Of a stretch of 64,000 bases of DNA, positions 1 through 11,259 are shown in pieces; the first letter of the stretch is position 1; every line of letters begins with the position of its first letter. The stretch spans positions 96,001 through 160,000 of the forward strand of contig CAWJSR010000028.1 of the NCBI GenBank assembly GCA_963845515.1, given 5' to 3'. Below the pieces are notes generated by a model. The model worked only from the letters and a program-made list of their open reading frames with translations, was not told the origin of the DNA and searched no databases. A program made the position numbers and the translations under genes. This stretch comes from an uncultured delta proteobacterium (GTDB taxonomy: Bacteria > Myxococcota > Myxococcia > Myxococcales > Anaeromyxobacteraceae).

Positions 1-1533
1 CGTGGACAACAGCATCCCCGCGACGCCGGTGGTCACGGTTCCATCGCACACTGCGGCGGACCCGATCCCCGTGACGGTGACCGCCGATCCCGGCATGACC
101 GTGGTGCTGTACGTCGGCGGCAGCGACTCGCTGCTCGTGCCGACAGTCTCGGGGTCCACCTACACCTTCGCGCTCGTTCAGGGCGAGGGGACGTACGTCC
201 TCACCGCGACGGCGGAGAACGGCGCTGGAACGGTCTCCGCCGCCTCGGCCGCCAAGGTCGTCGTGGTCGACCGCACGGCACCCGCCGGCGCGCCGTCGAT
301 GGATCCGCTCCCGGTGGTCACGAGCGCAGCGGGGGTGACGGTCTCTGGCAGCACGGAGCCCTTCGCGACGGTGACGATCCAGGTGGCCGGAATGACCCCG
401 GTGACCGTCGCGGCCGATGCCTCCGGCGACTACGCCGGCTTCGCGCCGCTCCCGGCAGTCGACGGCTCCTACGACGTGACGGTGCAGGCGTCAGACCAGG
501 CCGGCAACTCCTCGCCGCTCTCGGGCGTCGTGTCGCTGGAGGTCGATCGGGCCGGACCGTCGACGGCTCCCAGCATTGACCCGGCGCTGCCGGCGCGGAC
601 CAACGCGCCAGCCGTGACCGTCTCGGGCACGACGGAGGCGAACGCGACGGTGACTGTCGTCGTCGCGGGGATGCCGCCGGTCACCACGACCGCTGACGCC
701 GACCGGCCACTATACGGTGGACGTGCCGCTGCCAACGGGCGCGGATCGACGGCTCCTACGACGTCACGGTGAAGGCGACCGACGTCGCCGGGAATGATCT
801 CGCCGATCTCGCCGCCCGTCACGGTCACGGTCGACAGGATCGGGCCGGTCGCCCGCGCCCACGATCGAACCCGCCGCTGCCGTCGCTCACCAACGCTCGC
901 CAGTCCGTGACCGTCGCCGGTACGACCGAGGCGAACGCCACGGTGACCGTGCTGGTGAACGGCGCGATCGCCGTCACGACGACCGCCGATGGCGTCGGCG
1001 CCTACTCCGTCGCCGTGCCGCTGCCGCCCGCCGACGGCTCCTACGCCGTCACCGTCAGGGCGAGCGACCTCGCCGGCAACGCCTCACCCGTCTCCGCGGC
1101 GACCGACGTGGTCGTCGATCGGACGGCGCCCTCCGCGGCGATCGTCACCGCGCCAGGCGAGGGCGTCTCGCTCCCGCCCGGGACGATCTCGATCACCGGC
1201 ACGGCCGAGCCCGGTGCGACGGTGAACGTCGTCGTGGACGCCACCCCGCACGCCACCACGGCGGACGCCTCCGGCGCCTTCCAGCTCGACGTGGAGCTCG
1301 CCGCGGGCAACCACTTCGTCACCGTGACCGTCGTCGATCCCGCCGGGAACGCGTCGGCCGGCGTCGACCGCTCCTTCGTCCTGGCGACGCCCCCGGCGTC
1401 CGATTCCGGCGGTGGCGGCTGCGGCTGCGGTCCCGGCGGCGCCTCGGCGCCGGAGGGGCTGCTCCTGCTGCTGGGCGGCCTCGGGCTCTTCCGGCGCCGC
1501 CGGGTGCCCAACCCTGCTAACCTCCAGCCCTGA
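1..1533 (+). CDS. Surface protein with tandem bacterial Ig-like repeats and C-terminal MYXO-CTERM sorting signal (5' truncated, frameshifted at about 700-870)
   Basis: About 95-aa repeats VDRTAP...VTVSGTTE.NATVTV...DGSY.VTV.A.D.AGN across ORFs 2..772 and 769..1533; C-terminus GGGCGC...LLLLLGGLGLFRRRR matches the MYXO-CTERM pattern. Confidence 0.85.
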
Positions 1534-1907
1534 TGAAGGTCCTCCTCGTAGACGACACGCGCACGCTGCTCTCGCTGATCCAGGTCTACCTCCTGGGGTG
1601 GTCGCTGGAGTTCCTCGAGGCGCGCGACGGCATCGAGGGGCTCTCGAAGGCGCGTGAGCAGAAGCCGGACCTGATCATCTCCGACATCAGGATGCCGGGG
1701 ATGGACGGCTTCGAGTTCTGCGCGGCGGTGCGGGCCGATCGTGCGCTCCACGGCGTCCCGTTCATCATGCTCACCTCGCTCACCGACGAGATGAGCCGGC
1801 GCAAGGGGAAGCTGGTGGGGGCCAGCGCCTTCCTCACCAAGCCCATAGCCCCCGACCAGCTCCGCGGCTTCGTCGCCGAGCTCCTGAAGCTGCCCGCGGC
1901 GAGGTGA
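1533..1907 (+). CDS. Single-domain response regulator (CheY-like)
   Basis: MKVLLVDD...DLIISDIRMPGMDG...FLTKP receiver motifs. Confidence 0.9.
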   Translation: MKVLLVDDTRTLLSLIQVYLLGWSLEFLEARDGIEGLSKAREQKPDLIISDIRMPGMDGFEFCAAVRADRALHGVPFIMLTSLTDEMSRRKGKLVGASAFLTKPIAPDQLRGFVAELLKLPAAR

Positions 1908-1911
1908 CGTC

Positions 1912-2457
1912 TTGGCTGCCGCGCTTCCGCCGGGTGACTCCGACGCCGCGGACGGCCTCCCCGCCAGCGCACGCACCGACCGGGACCCGGAGCGCCGCCG
2001 CTCGCTCCTGGAGGCCCGTGCCCGCGCCATCGCCGAAGCGCGCGAGGCGCCTCGCGTCGAGGGGATCCCGGTGCTGGCGTTCCAGCTCGGCGGCCGATCC
2101 CTCGCGGTCGAGGTAGCGGCCGTCGGGCAGGTCGTGGAGGCGCGCGGGATCTGGCCGCTGCCGGCCAGCCCCCCGTGGTTGATCGGCGCCCTGGTCGCGC
2201 GAACCCGCATCGTCCCGGTGCTGGACCTGCGGCCGATCCTGGGGCTTCCCGCGCACGGCACGTCGCAGCTCCGCCGGGTCATCGTGCTCGAGTGGGCTGG
2301 GGAGGCCTACGCCATCGCGGTGGAGCTGCTCGACGGGCGGCGCGACGTCCCGAGCGGGCAGGTGGTGCCCCCCGGGCCCGGCCCCTTCAAGTGGGCCACC
2401 TCGGACGGCCTCTCCGTCCTGGACCTCGACGCGCTCGCGCCGCCGGTCATGGGGTAG
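1912..2457 (+). CDS. cheW: CheW-like chemotaxis adaptor
   Basis: LAFQLGG..LAVE...VGQV...LPASPPWLIGAL..R.RIVPVLDL; lies before cheA; start codon uncertain. Confidence 0.8.
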   Translation: MAAALPPGDSDAADGLPASARTDRDPERRRSLLEARARAIAEAREAPRVEGIPVLAFQLGGRSLAVEVAAVGQVVEARGIWPLPASPPWLIGALVARTRIVPVLDLRPILGLPAHGTSQLRRVIVLEWAGEAYAIAVELLDGRRDVPSGQVVPPGPGPFKWATSDGLSVLDLDALAPPVMG

Positions 2458-2461
2458 CCAC

Positions 2462-4898
2462 GTGCGCGCCGACGTCCTCAGCCAGATCTGGCCGGTCTTC
2501 GTCGCAGAGGCGCACGAGCACGTCTCGAGCATCGGAGAGGGAGTCCTCGCGCTGGAGGGGACCCCCGGGCAAGTGGAGGCGGTCGACGCGATCCGCAGGA
2601 CCGCGCACGCGCTCAAGGGGTCTGCAGCGAGCCTCGGCCTCTCGGACATCGAGGTGCTCGCGCACGGCATCGAGGAGGTGCTGGCGGGGCTGGACGTCTC
2701 GGCGGGGCTCGGCCGCGCCGCCGTCAAGTCGATCCTCCACGCCCTGGAGGCGATCGACGCCGCCCTGACGGGCGCCGACGTCGGCGGCGAGCCGCGAGTC
2801 GCCGATCGGGAGCTGCTCCTCGCGGCGCTGCAGGAGGCCAGCGGCGAGGACGCGGCGCAGGCCGCGCGCGAGCCGCCGGCGGTGGAGCGGTTGGAGCGCG
2901 CGGTCGAGCGGCTCTGCACGCCGCTCGACGCCGGCGAACGCAAGGGCATCGCCGCAGAGGCCGCAGCCCTCGCCGCCTTCCTCGGCGGGCGCGCCACCGG
3001 CGCGGTCGCCACGCTGGCGGACAGGCTCGCCGCGGCCTTCGACGCGCTCTCGTCGCGCGGACGACACCGAGGCGGCGCGGGGCGCGGCCCGGGTCGCCGG
3101 CGAGCTGCTGCAGCTCAAGGACGCGCTCGCGAGCAGCGCGGCGGCGCTGGCCGCGGTCCAGACCGCCGAGGCGGCGCAGCGCGCGGAGCGGGAGGACAAG
3201 GCCGTCAGGGTGCTCGCGTCGACCCTCGACTCGCTCGCCCGGCGGCTGGAGCTGCTCTCGCTCTCCGAGTCCAGGCACGGTCGGCGCGCCCGCGAGGTCG
3301 CCGAGGCAGAGCGAGACCTGCGAGAGGGCATCGCCGCGATCCAGGGGGCGAGCCGGGCCCTCGTCGACGCCGGCGTGGACACGGGACGGGCCGAGCTCGA
3401 GCTCGCGACCGCGCGGCTCCATGCCACCGGCGGTGACCTCCGCCGCCTGGCGCGCGAAGGGCAGCGTGAGTCCGAGCAGCAGCGGCTCACCGGCGCGATC
3501 CTGCGCGAGGATCTGCGCGCCCTCCGCATGGTCCCGGCCGCCCTCGCCCTGGAGCCGGCCCGGCGCGCGGCCCGTGAGGTGGCGCTGCGGCTCGGCAAGG
3601 AGGTGGAGCTCCACGTAGAGGGCGGCGACGTCAGGCTCGATCGCCACCTGGTGGACGACCTGCGGGCGCCGCTCATCCACCTCGTCAGGAACGCGGTGGA
3701 CCACGGGATCGAGTCCGCGGAGGTGCGGCGCGCGGCGGGGAAGCCGGGGGTGGGGCGGGTCGTCATCCGCGTCGAGCCACGCGGCAGCCGGGTCGGCGTC
3801 GTCGTGGAGGACGACGGCGCCGGGATCGACCTGGCAGCCGTGCGCGCGGCCGCGGTGCGGGGCGGCCACGTCGGGGCCGACACGGCCGACCGGCTCCCGG
3901 ATTCCGACGTGGCGCGGCTCGTCTTCGCGCCGGGGCTCTCCACGGCAAGCACGGTCACGACCGTCTCCGGGCGCGGCGTCGGGCTGGACGCGGTGGCGGA
4001 CGCGATGGGCCGCCTGCGCGGCGCGGTGGAGGTCAGGTCGACACCCGGCGGCGGCACGCGGTTCGAGCTCGACCTGCCGCTCGCGCTGGCGGTGACACCA
4101 GGCATCCTCGTCAGGATGGGAGAGATCACGGCGATCCTCCCTGGCGACGCCGTCGAGCGCGTCCTGCTCCTCGAGCACCTGGGGGAGGCGACCGCACGCG
4201 GCGCCGTGCGCGTCGGCGACGTCGAGCTTCCGCTCGCCCCGCTCTCCGGGCTCCTGGGGTTGGCCGTCAGGCCGCCGGCGACGAGGGCGATCGGCCTGGT
4301 GCTCGCCCTCGGCAGCCAGCGGGGAGTGATCGTCGTGGACGAGGTGCTGGGCGAGCAGGAGGTCGTGGTCGCCGCGCTGGGGGGGCACGCGTCGCGCGTG
4401 GCCCACCTCGCGGGTGCGTCGCTCCTCGACGACGGGCGCGTCCTCGGCGTGCTGGCGCCCTCGGAGATCCTGCGCAGGCTCCGGCCCTCGCCGCTCGCGC
4501 CGCGCCCCGTCGCCGCCGGCCGCTCGGCGATCGTGGTCGACGACACCGTCGCCGCGCGCACGCTCATGGCCGGGCTCCTGGAGGCGGCCGGCTTCGTGGT
4601 GCGCATCGCGCACGACGGCGAGGCGGCCCTCGCGCTGCTGGAGGAGGGCCCCTGCGACGTCCTCGTCTCGGACGTCCAGATGCCCCGCCTCGACGGCCTC
4701 GGGCTCGCGCGCCGCCTGCGCGAGGATCCGCGCTGGCGCGCGCTGCCACTCGTCCTGGTCTCGACGCTCGATGGTCCCCAGGACGTGGAGGCGGGTGTGC
4801 GCGCGGGCGCGACCGCCTACCTGGCGAAGCGGGAGCTGGCGGGGGACGCGCTGGTGCGGCTGGTCCAGCGGCTGCTCGGCGAAGGGCACGGGCGATGA
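2462..4898 (+). CDS. cheA: Hybrid CheA histidine kinase (Hpt-HATPase-CheW-REC), frameshift at about 3060
   Basis: Hpt RTAHALKGSA; HLVRNAVDHGIE, DDGAGID, FAPGLSTA, SGRGVGLD; C-terminal receiver VVDD...SDVQMPRLDG. Confidence 0.9.
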
Positions 4899-5688
4899 CC
4901 CCACTCGACCTCTCGGCGCCGGAGCTGGCGGAGGTGGCGCGAGTGCTGGCGCGGGCCACCGGCCTGTCGCTCGGGAGCGGCCTGCTGCGCACCCTGCACA
5001 ACAGCCTCAACTCGGCGGCCGAGGAGCTCGGGATGTCGGGGATGGCGCTGGCGCGCAAGGTGATCGCCGGGGATCCCCACGGCGTCGCGATGCTCATCGA
5101 GCACGCGGTGGTCGCGGAGACGTACTTCTATCGCCACCCGGAGCAGATCGCCGTGCTCGCCAGGCACCTCCAGCGAGCGGGAGGGACCGCTCAGGATCTG
5201 GTCGGCTGGCTGCGCTACGGGCGAGGAGCCCTACTCGGTCGCAATGGCGCTCCTCGACGCGGGACGCAGGGTCGCCGGGGACTCCATCGTCGCGACGGAC
5301 GTCTCGGAGCGCGCCCTGCGGGCCGCGCGGGTCGCGGTCTACACCCCCTGGTCGCTGCGCCGGATGCCGGACCACCTGCGGTCGAGCCACCTCGCCGAGG
5401 AGGAGGGCTGGCGGGTCTCGGAGGAGGCGCGCGCGCTCGTCGAGTCTCCGGCGCCACAACCTCGTGGCCGACCCGCCGCTCGAGGGGCCCTTCGACGCGA
5501 TCCTCTGCCGGAACGTGCTCATCTACTTCGAGCCGCCGACCGCGGCCGAGATCCTCTACCGGCTCTCCTCGGAGCTGGCGGTGGGAGGCTACCTGCTCCT
5601 CTCCCCGGTCGAGCTGCCGCTCGCGTCGGCGCTCCCGCTCGAGTGGCTCGAGGACGGCGGCGCGACGCTGCTGAGGAGGGCGGAGTGA
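4895..5688 (+). CDS. cheR: CheR-type methyltransferase, frameshifts at about 5180 and 5445
   Basis: ETYFYRHPEQ, RIWSAGCATGEEPYS (after restoring frame), ATDVS, FDAILCRNVLIYF. Confidence 0.85.
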
Positions 5689-5695
5689 TCGAGCG

Positions 5696-7051
5696 CTACC
5701 GGTAGCTCGCGTGGAACTTCGCGAGCCGCTCCACCACCGCGCGGAGCTTCTCGGTCGGGGGCAGGATCGTCGTGCGGAAGTGGGCGGTGCCGGGAAGCTG
5801 GCCGAAGCCGGTCCCCGGGGCCACGCAGATGCCGGTCTGCTCCAGCAGCGCGAGGCAGTACTCGTCGTCGTTCCTGCCGGGCGGCAGCGTGATCCTCGGG
5901 AAGGCGTACATCGCCCCCGCCACCACGTTGCACTGGATCCCCGGGATCCCGTTGAGCCCCTCGGCGAGGAGCCCGGCGCGCGTGCGCAGCTCGGACAGGA
6001 TGTGGTCGCGCTCCTGCTTCCAGAGCGGGTGGCTCGCCTCGCCGGGGCGCGGCGGGCGGACGAGGCAGTAGGTGGCGACCTGCCCCGGCACGTTGGAGCA
6101 GAGGCTCACCGACTGGAGCTTGGTGATCTCGTCGGCCACGTCCCCCGGGACGTTGCGAAGCTCCATGTAGCCGCCGCGGTGGCCGCACTCCCCGAGGTAG
6201 CCCTTCGAGCAGGAGTGGAAGCTGAAGAGCGAGACGTCCTTCGCCTGCTTCTGCTCGAGCACCTTCGCGAAGGAGGTGAACCGGTCCTGCGGGAGGTAGA
6301 CGTTCTCCTGGTAGACCTCGTCCGCCAGGATCGACAGGCCGTGGGTCCGCGCGAAGTCGACGACCATCGCGACGTCCTCGGCGTCGAGCACCGAGCCCGT
6401 GGGGTTGCCCGGGTTGATGACGCAGATGGCCCTGACCTTCACGCCCCTCGCCCGGGCCTTGTGGATCGAGTCCTCCAGGACGGCCCGGTCGAGCTTCCAG
6501 TCGCGCGCCTCGTCGAGGTAGTACGGGACCTGCTGCCCCTCGTAGAGGGTGATGGTCGCCGAGTAGAGCGGGTACTGCGGCGTCGGGATCATGATCCCGT
6601 CGCTCGGGCCGGAGATGAGGATCCGGAGCGCCGACTGGACCCCCTTGGAGGCGCCGTCGGTGAGGAAGATCGCCTCCGGATCAGTCTCGATGCCGTCGCG
6701 CTCCCTGATGAACGCCGCGACCGCCTCACGGATGAACCGCACGCCCTTGCTCTCGGAGTACGCGCCGACCCCGTGGCCCGTGCCGGCGAGGACCGCCCGC
6801 GCCGTGGCGACGACGTCGGCCGGGAAGGCCTTCGGCGCGAGGTCGGCGAGCTGCGGGTACTCGCAGAGCGCCAGCACCTGCCGGAACCAGGTCACCGGCT
6901 TCTGCTGCAGCGACTGCGGGTTGCCGATGTTGCAGTAGATGATCTCTCGCCCCGAGCGCTCCAGCTCCTGCGCGCGCGTCACGATGGGGCCGCGGACTGC
7001 GTACTCGGTCTCGCGGACGGCCTTGCCGACTTCCTGGAGCGTGATTGACAT
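5696..7051 (-). CDS. PLP-dependent alanine aminotransferase (class I/II)
   Basis: EYAVRG, CNIGNPQ, GAYSESKG, INPGNPTG, ADEVYQEN, SFHSCSKG...ECGHRGG. Confidence 0.9.
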   Translation of the reverse strand: MSITLQEVGKAVRETEYAVRGPIVTRAQELERSGREIIYCNIGNPQSLQQKPVTWFRQVLALCEYPQLADLAPKAFPADVVATARAVLAGTGHGVGAYSESKGVRFIREAVAAFIRERDGIETDPEAIFLTDGASKGVQSALRILISGPSDGIMIPTPQYPLYSATITLYEGQQVPYYLDEARDWKLDRAVLEDSIHKARARGVKVRAICVINPGNPTGSVLDAEDVAMVVDFARTHGLSILADEVYQENVYLPQDRFTSFAKVLEQKQAKDVSLFSFHSCSKGYLGECGHRGGYMELRNVPGDVADEITKLQSVSLCSNVPGQVATYCLVRPPRPGEASHPLWKQERDHILSELRTRAGLLAEGLNGIPGIQCNVVAGAMYAFPRITLPPGRNDDEYCLALLEQTGICVAPGTGFGQLPGTAHFRTTILPPTEKLRAVVERLAKFHASYR

Positions 7052-7162
7052 TCGTTCACCCTGTCGAAGGGGAGGCAGCATAGCGCGCCCCGACGCGGCC
7101 TGCGAAGGGGCCTACGGCAGCGTTGCGGCGAGGCCGCGCCTTGGGTAACGTCTGCCGCCGAA

Positions 7163-7327
7163 ATGACCAGGAAACAGACGAACATCGCCATCGCAGTCCT
7201 CATCGCCATCGCCGCGGGCGCGGCCGGCGGGTACCTCTACCGGCGCCACACCCATCCGACGTTCGAGGAGCGGGTCAAGGACGCCGACGCCGACCTGAAG
7301 AGCGCGTTCGAGAAGATGACGCGCTGA
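7163..7327 (+). CDS. Small 54-aa membrane-anchored protein (MTRKQTNIAIAVLIAIAAGAAGGYLYRRH...EKMTR)
   Basis: Translated by hand: ATG at 7163, TGA at 7325-7327; GC3-biased codons; N-terminal hydrophobic helix; not in the ORF track. Confidence 0.65.
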   Translation: MTRKQTNIAIAVLIAIAAGAAGGYLYRRHTHPTFEERVKDADADLKSAFEKMTR

Positions 7328-8572
7328 TCACTGCGCGGGCTGCACGCCGTCGAGGGCGCGCACCACCGCGCGCGCCACGGCGCCGTAGTCGCCACCGAAG
7401 TGGTGCCCGCCGCCGAGCTCCACGAGGCTCGCGCCCGGGTGCCCGCGCAGGAGCGGACAGAGGCTCTCGTCGGCCTCGTCGCGGCCGAAGAGGCAGACCA
7501 CCGGGGTCTCGGCCAGCCGCTCGACGTCCGGGAGGATCGGGCGGCCTCCCGCGCGGCTCGAGAGGAAGTCCGTGACGTGCAGCTCGAACGCGGCCGCGCG
7601 TCCCGGTCCGAGCAGCGCGACCACCTTGACCCGTGCGCGCGATCCGCTGGGGAGCAGCGAGACCGCCGCCGGGAGGACGTCCGCCCCGCGGGAGTATCCG
7701 ATCAGCGCCACGTCGCTCCGGCCGAGCGCCGTGGCGTAGTGCTCGATGATCCGGCCGAGGTCCCTCGCGAAGGACTCCGGGGTGCGGCGGGTCCAGAAGT
7801 AGGAGAGGGAGTCGAGGCCGACGACCGGGAGCCCCTTCGCGGCCACGGCCGCGGCAAGCTCGCGGTCGATGCCTGCCCAGCCACCGTCGCCGGTGACGAG
7901 GAGCGCGAAGGCGCCGCGGCCAGGAGCGGTGGCCGCGACCACCACGAGCGGCAGGTCCGCCACCTCGGGCGCCGGCGCCCGAGTCGCCGCTGCGCGGGCG
8001 CCCGCGTCGAACGAGGTCACCGCCGCGCGGAGCGCCGTCGGGTCGCGCGACGGCAGGTCCACGCGGGCCGGTGAGGGGGAGCGCGGGCCGGCGCTCCCGC
8101 GGCAGAAGGCGAGGGGAGGACTCGGCGAGGCGTGGGCTCCGAAGCCGACGACGCCGAGGAAGGATCCCGCTGGGGCTTGCGTCATGGCGGCCAGCGCAAC
8201 GGTCGCGCCGGTCCCTTCGCCAACCAGGATCGGCCGCAGGTAGGCCGGGAGCCCCAGGGCCTTCTCGAGCGACTGCGCCAGCGACTCGAGATCGCCGGCC
8301 GGGTAGGCGCAGCGATCGCCCCGGACGTGCCGGACCCATCGCTGCGTCGAGACGACGAGGACCAGCGCGCCGTCCCGGGCGAGCGCGACCAGCGTGGGTC
8401 GCAGCGCCGACGACTCCAGGTCGCCATCGGCGGCGAGAAAGAGCACCACGCGCGCCGGGGGCGTCGGCGGACGGACCACCGCCACCGGGCCGAATCGCCC
8501 CCCGAAGATCGCCTCGACGGAGGGAGCCGCGGCGGAGCCCGCCAGGGCGAGCGCTAGCAGGGCCCACGTCAT
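7328..8572 (-). CDS. acvB: AcvB/VirJ-family lysyl-phosphatidylglycerol hydrolase
   Basis: Signal peptide; GDGGW, GLDSLSYFW, LIGYSRGAD, GGHHFGGDY; directly downstream of mprF. Confidence 0.85.
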   Translation of the reverse strand: MTWALLALALAGSAAAPSVEAIFGGRFGPVAVVRPPTPPARVVLFLAADGDLESSALRPTLVALARDGALVLVVSTQRWVRHVRGDRCAYPAGDLESLAQSLEKALGLPAYLRPILVGEGTGATVALAAMTQAPAGSFLGVVGFGAHASPSPPLAFCRGSAGPRSPSPARVDLPSRDPTALRAAVTSFDAGARAAATRAPAPEVADLPLVVVAATAPGRGAFALLVTGDGGWAGIDRELAAAVAAKGLPVVGLDSLSYFWTRRTPESFARDLGRIIEHYATALGRSDVALIGYSRGADVLPAAVSLLPSGSRARVKVVALLGPGRAAAFELHVTDFLSSRAGGRPILPDVERLAETPVVCLFGRDEADESLCPLLRGHPGASLVELGGGHHFGGDYGAVARAVVRALDGVQPAQ

Positions 8573-11186
8573 CGCGTGACCAGCCCTCCGATCCCCCGGT
8601 TCACCAGGGTCACGATGGCGGCGAGCACCCGGGGCAGCGCCAGCCGCCCCGGGGCGGCGAGGTAGCGTGGCGTCCACTCGGGATGGAACTTCTCCTTGTA
8701 CTGGCGCACGCCGCGGAAGTTGTAGAAATGCTCGCCGTGCCTGAAGAGCCGGGTGCCGAAGCGCGCCCAGAGCGGCGCGAGCGCGCGCTCAGGGAGGCCG
8801 GAGAAGGGGGCCATCCCGAGGCTGAAGCGCCCATAGCCGCGCTCGCTCCCCCAGATCATCACCTTGGTGAACAGGAACTCCATGGTGACGCGCGGCGCGT
8901 CGGGGAGGTGGCGCATCAGGTCCAGCGAGAGCTCGTCCTTCGCGTCGGGGGCCCACAGGTTGGCGAAGGCGACCGACCGGCCGCCGAGCCGGACGAGCGC
9001 GAGCGGCCCCTCGCACAGGTAGCGCTCCGAGAAGTAGCCGAGGCTGAAGCCCTTCTCTCGCGTCGCCTTCCCCCCGTCCAGGCGTCCGAGATGGCGCGCA
9101 GCTCCGGCAGCAGGCCGGGGACCGCCGCTCGCGGCACGACCTCGAAGGTGAGGCCGTCGCGCTCGGCGCGCGCCACGGCCTGCCGGAGGCCGCGCCGCTC
9201 GACGCCGTCGAGGCTGAAGCCCTCCAGGGGGACCAGCGCCTCCTCCCCGAGCTTGAAGAGGACGAGCCCCATGTCCAGGTACCTGGGGAGGCTCTCCGCG
9301 CCCACCTGGTAGAAGCAGCTCTTGCCGTGGTGGCGGTCCGCGAGCTCGCGGAGTCGCCACGCGAGATCCGTCGCGACCGGCTCCGGCCCGATGGGATCGC
9401 CCATCGCGACGAACGTCCTGCCGGCCACGCCGAACATGAGGAAGCCGGCGCCGCCGGGATCGGCCAGGATCGCCTTGTCCCCGAGCAGCGCCAGGTGAGC
9501 GGCCGACTCGGGCGATCGCGCCACGAGGGGTCGGATCGCGGCGAGCTCCCTCTCGGTGGCGACCAGGACCCGCGGCGGCGCCGGTCGGAGCAGCCGCGCG
9601 ACGCCCAGCGCCGCGGCGATCGCCACGGCGCCGACCGTGGCGCGGAGGAAGCGCGGGGCGTCGCCGCGCAGCGCGAACTCCCACCAGAGCTCGCTGCGGT
9701 ACTCGACGTGCCGGTAGGAGAAGAAGCCGATCCAGAGCGACCCGGCCAGCACGAGCAGCGTGGCGAGCATCCAGCCGCCCGTCAGGGGCTCCTCGAGGAG
9801 CTCCGCGCGCCGCCGGAACTGGGCGCGGAACGGCAGGAGCGCGACGAGCAGCACCACGAGCACCGCCGCCTCCTCCCAGTCGAGCCCCTTGGCCAGCGAC
9901 GCGATGGCGCCGGCGGAGAGCAGCCCGACCGCGATGATCCAGGCGGCGTCGAGCCGGCGGCGGAGCGCCTGCGCCAGGAGGAGCAGCGCCATCCCGGCCA
10001 CGCTCCCGACGAAGTGCGAGAGCTCCAGGACAGGGAGCGGCAGCGCCCGCTCCAGCACCCCGAGCCGCGCGACGGCGGTCGGGGTCGCGCCCGAGACGAG
10101 CAGCACCGCCCCGGCGAGGAAGGCCCCCACGGCGGCCGCCGATGGGACGATCGGGGCGACCGCGGCCATCGCCGTGCGCCCGGCGCGAGCGAGCCACTCG
10201 CGGCGCCGCGCGACCTCGCCGGCGGCGAGGAGGAGCGCCGCGGAGAGGAACGGCACGACGTAGTAGACGAGCCGGTAGAGCACCAACAGCCCGAGCGCCG
10301 CTGGCGCCCCCATCCGGGGCGAGAGCGCGGACAGCGCGACCGCCTCGAAGACGCCAGCGCCGCCCGGGACGTGGCTCGCCAGGCCTGCGACCTGCGCCGC
10401 GACGAAGACCGCCGTCACCTCGACCAGGGAGACGGCCGCCCCGCCCGGGACGAGCGTCCAGAGCACCAGCGCGGCGAGCGACCAGTCGAGCGCCGAGAGC
10501 GCGACCTGTGCGACGGCGACGTGAGGCGCGGGGAGGGGGAACAGCCACCGGCCGACCCGGAGCGGGGCCCGGATCCACGCCGACGCGCCGACGTAGAGCG
10601 CCACCACCGCGAGGAGCGCGGCGCCGACGAGCGGCCCGCTCCGGCCCAGCGGCAGCAGCGGCGAGCCCCTCACCGCCAGCAGCGTGCCACCCGCCACCGC
10701 CAGGAGCCCCATCCAGAACGTGGCCGCGTTGGTCGCCACCAACCTCGCCAGGTCGCCGAGCGAGAGGCCGTGGAGCGAATAGAAGCGCCAGCGGATCCCC
10801 CCGGACGAGAGGACGGAGCCGCCGAGGTTCGCGCCGAACGCGTAGGCGACGAAGGCGGCCGGTCCGACGACGCGGTAAGGGAGCGGCCGCCCCATGCTCC
10901 GGAGCGCGAGGACGTCGTAGAGCGTCAGGACCAGGTAATTGACGGCGGTGAGGACGAGCGCGGCGAGGACGTGGGACAGGTGGACAGACCGGACCTCGGC
11001 CGCGAGGTCGCGGTAGTGGAACGCAGCGAGCTCCCGGTGGAGGACCCACGCGGCGAGCGCCAGCAGCAGGACGGGGAGCACCGGCGCGAGCACCTTGAGC
11101 CGGTAGCCGATCCGGTCGGCGAGGCCGACGCGATTGGGCTCCACGCGCGCCGTCTCGTCGGCGGCTTTCGCCCGCTCGGCCGCCAT
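8569..11186 (-). CDS. mprF: MprF aminoacyl-phosphatidylglycerol flippase/synthase, frameshift at about 9070
   Basis: Multi-TM N-terminus (YDVLAL, SHVPGGAGVFE, YRLVYY); GDPIGP, KLGEEA, EKGFSLG, DLMR, FYNFRGVRQYKEKF. Confidence 0.92.
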
Positions 11187-11259
11187 GTCCGGATCCCCGC
11201 TCACGGCCACATCCGAGCCCCGGGAGCCCAGGTAGTCAAACGGTCCGGTGGGGAGTGCG

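Noticed and set aside
7328..11186. mprF-acvB pair as a novel system
   Set aside because: This is the known aminoacyl-PG synthase/hydrolase pairing (lpiA-acvB/atvA type).
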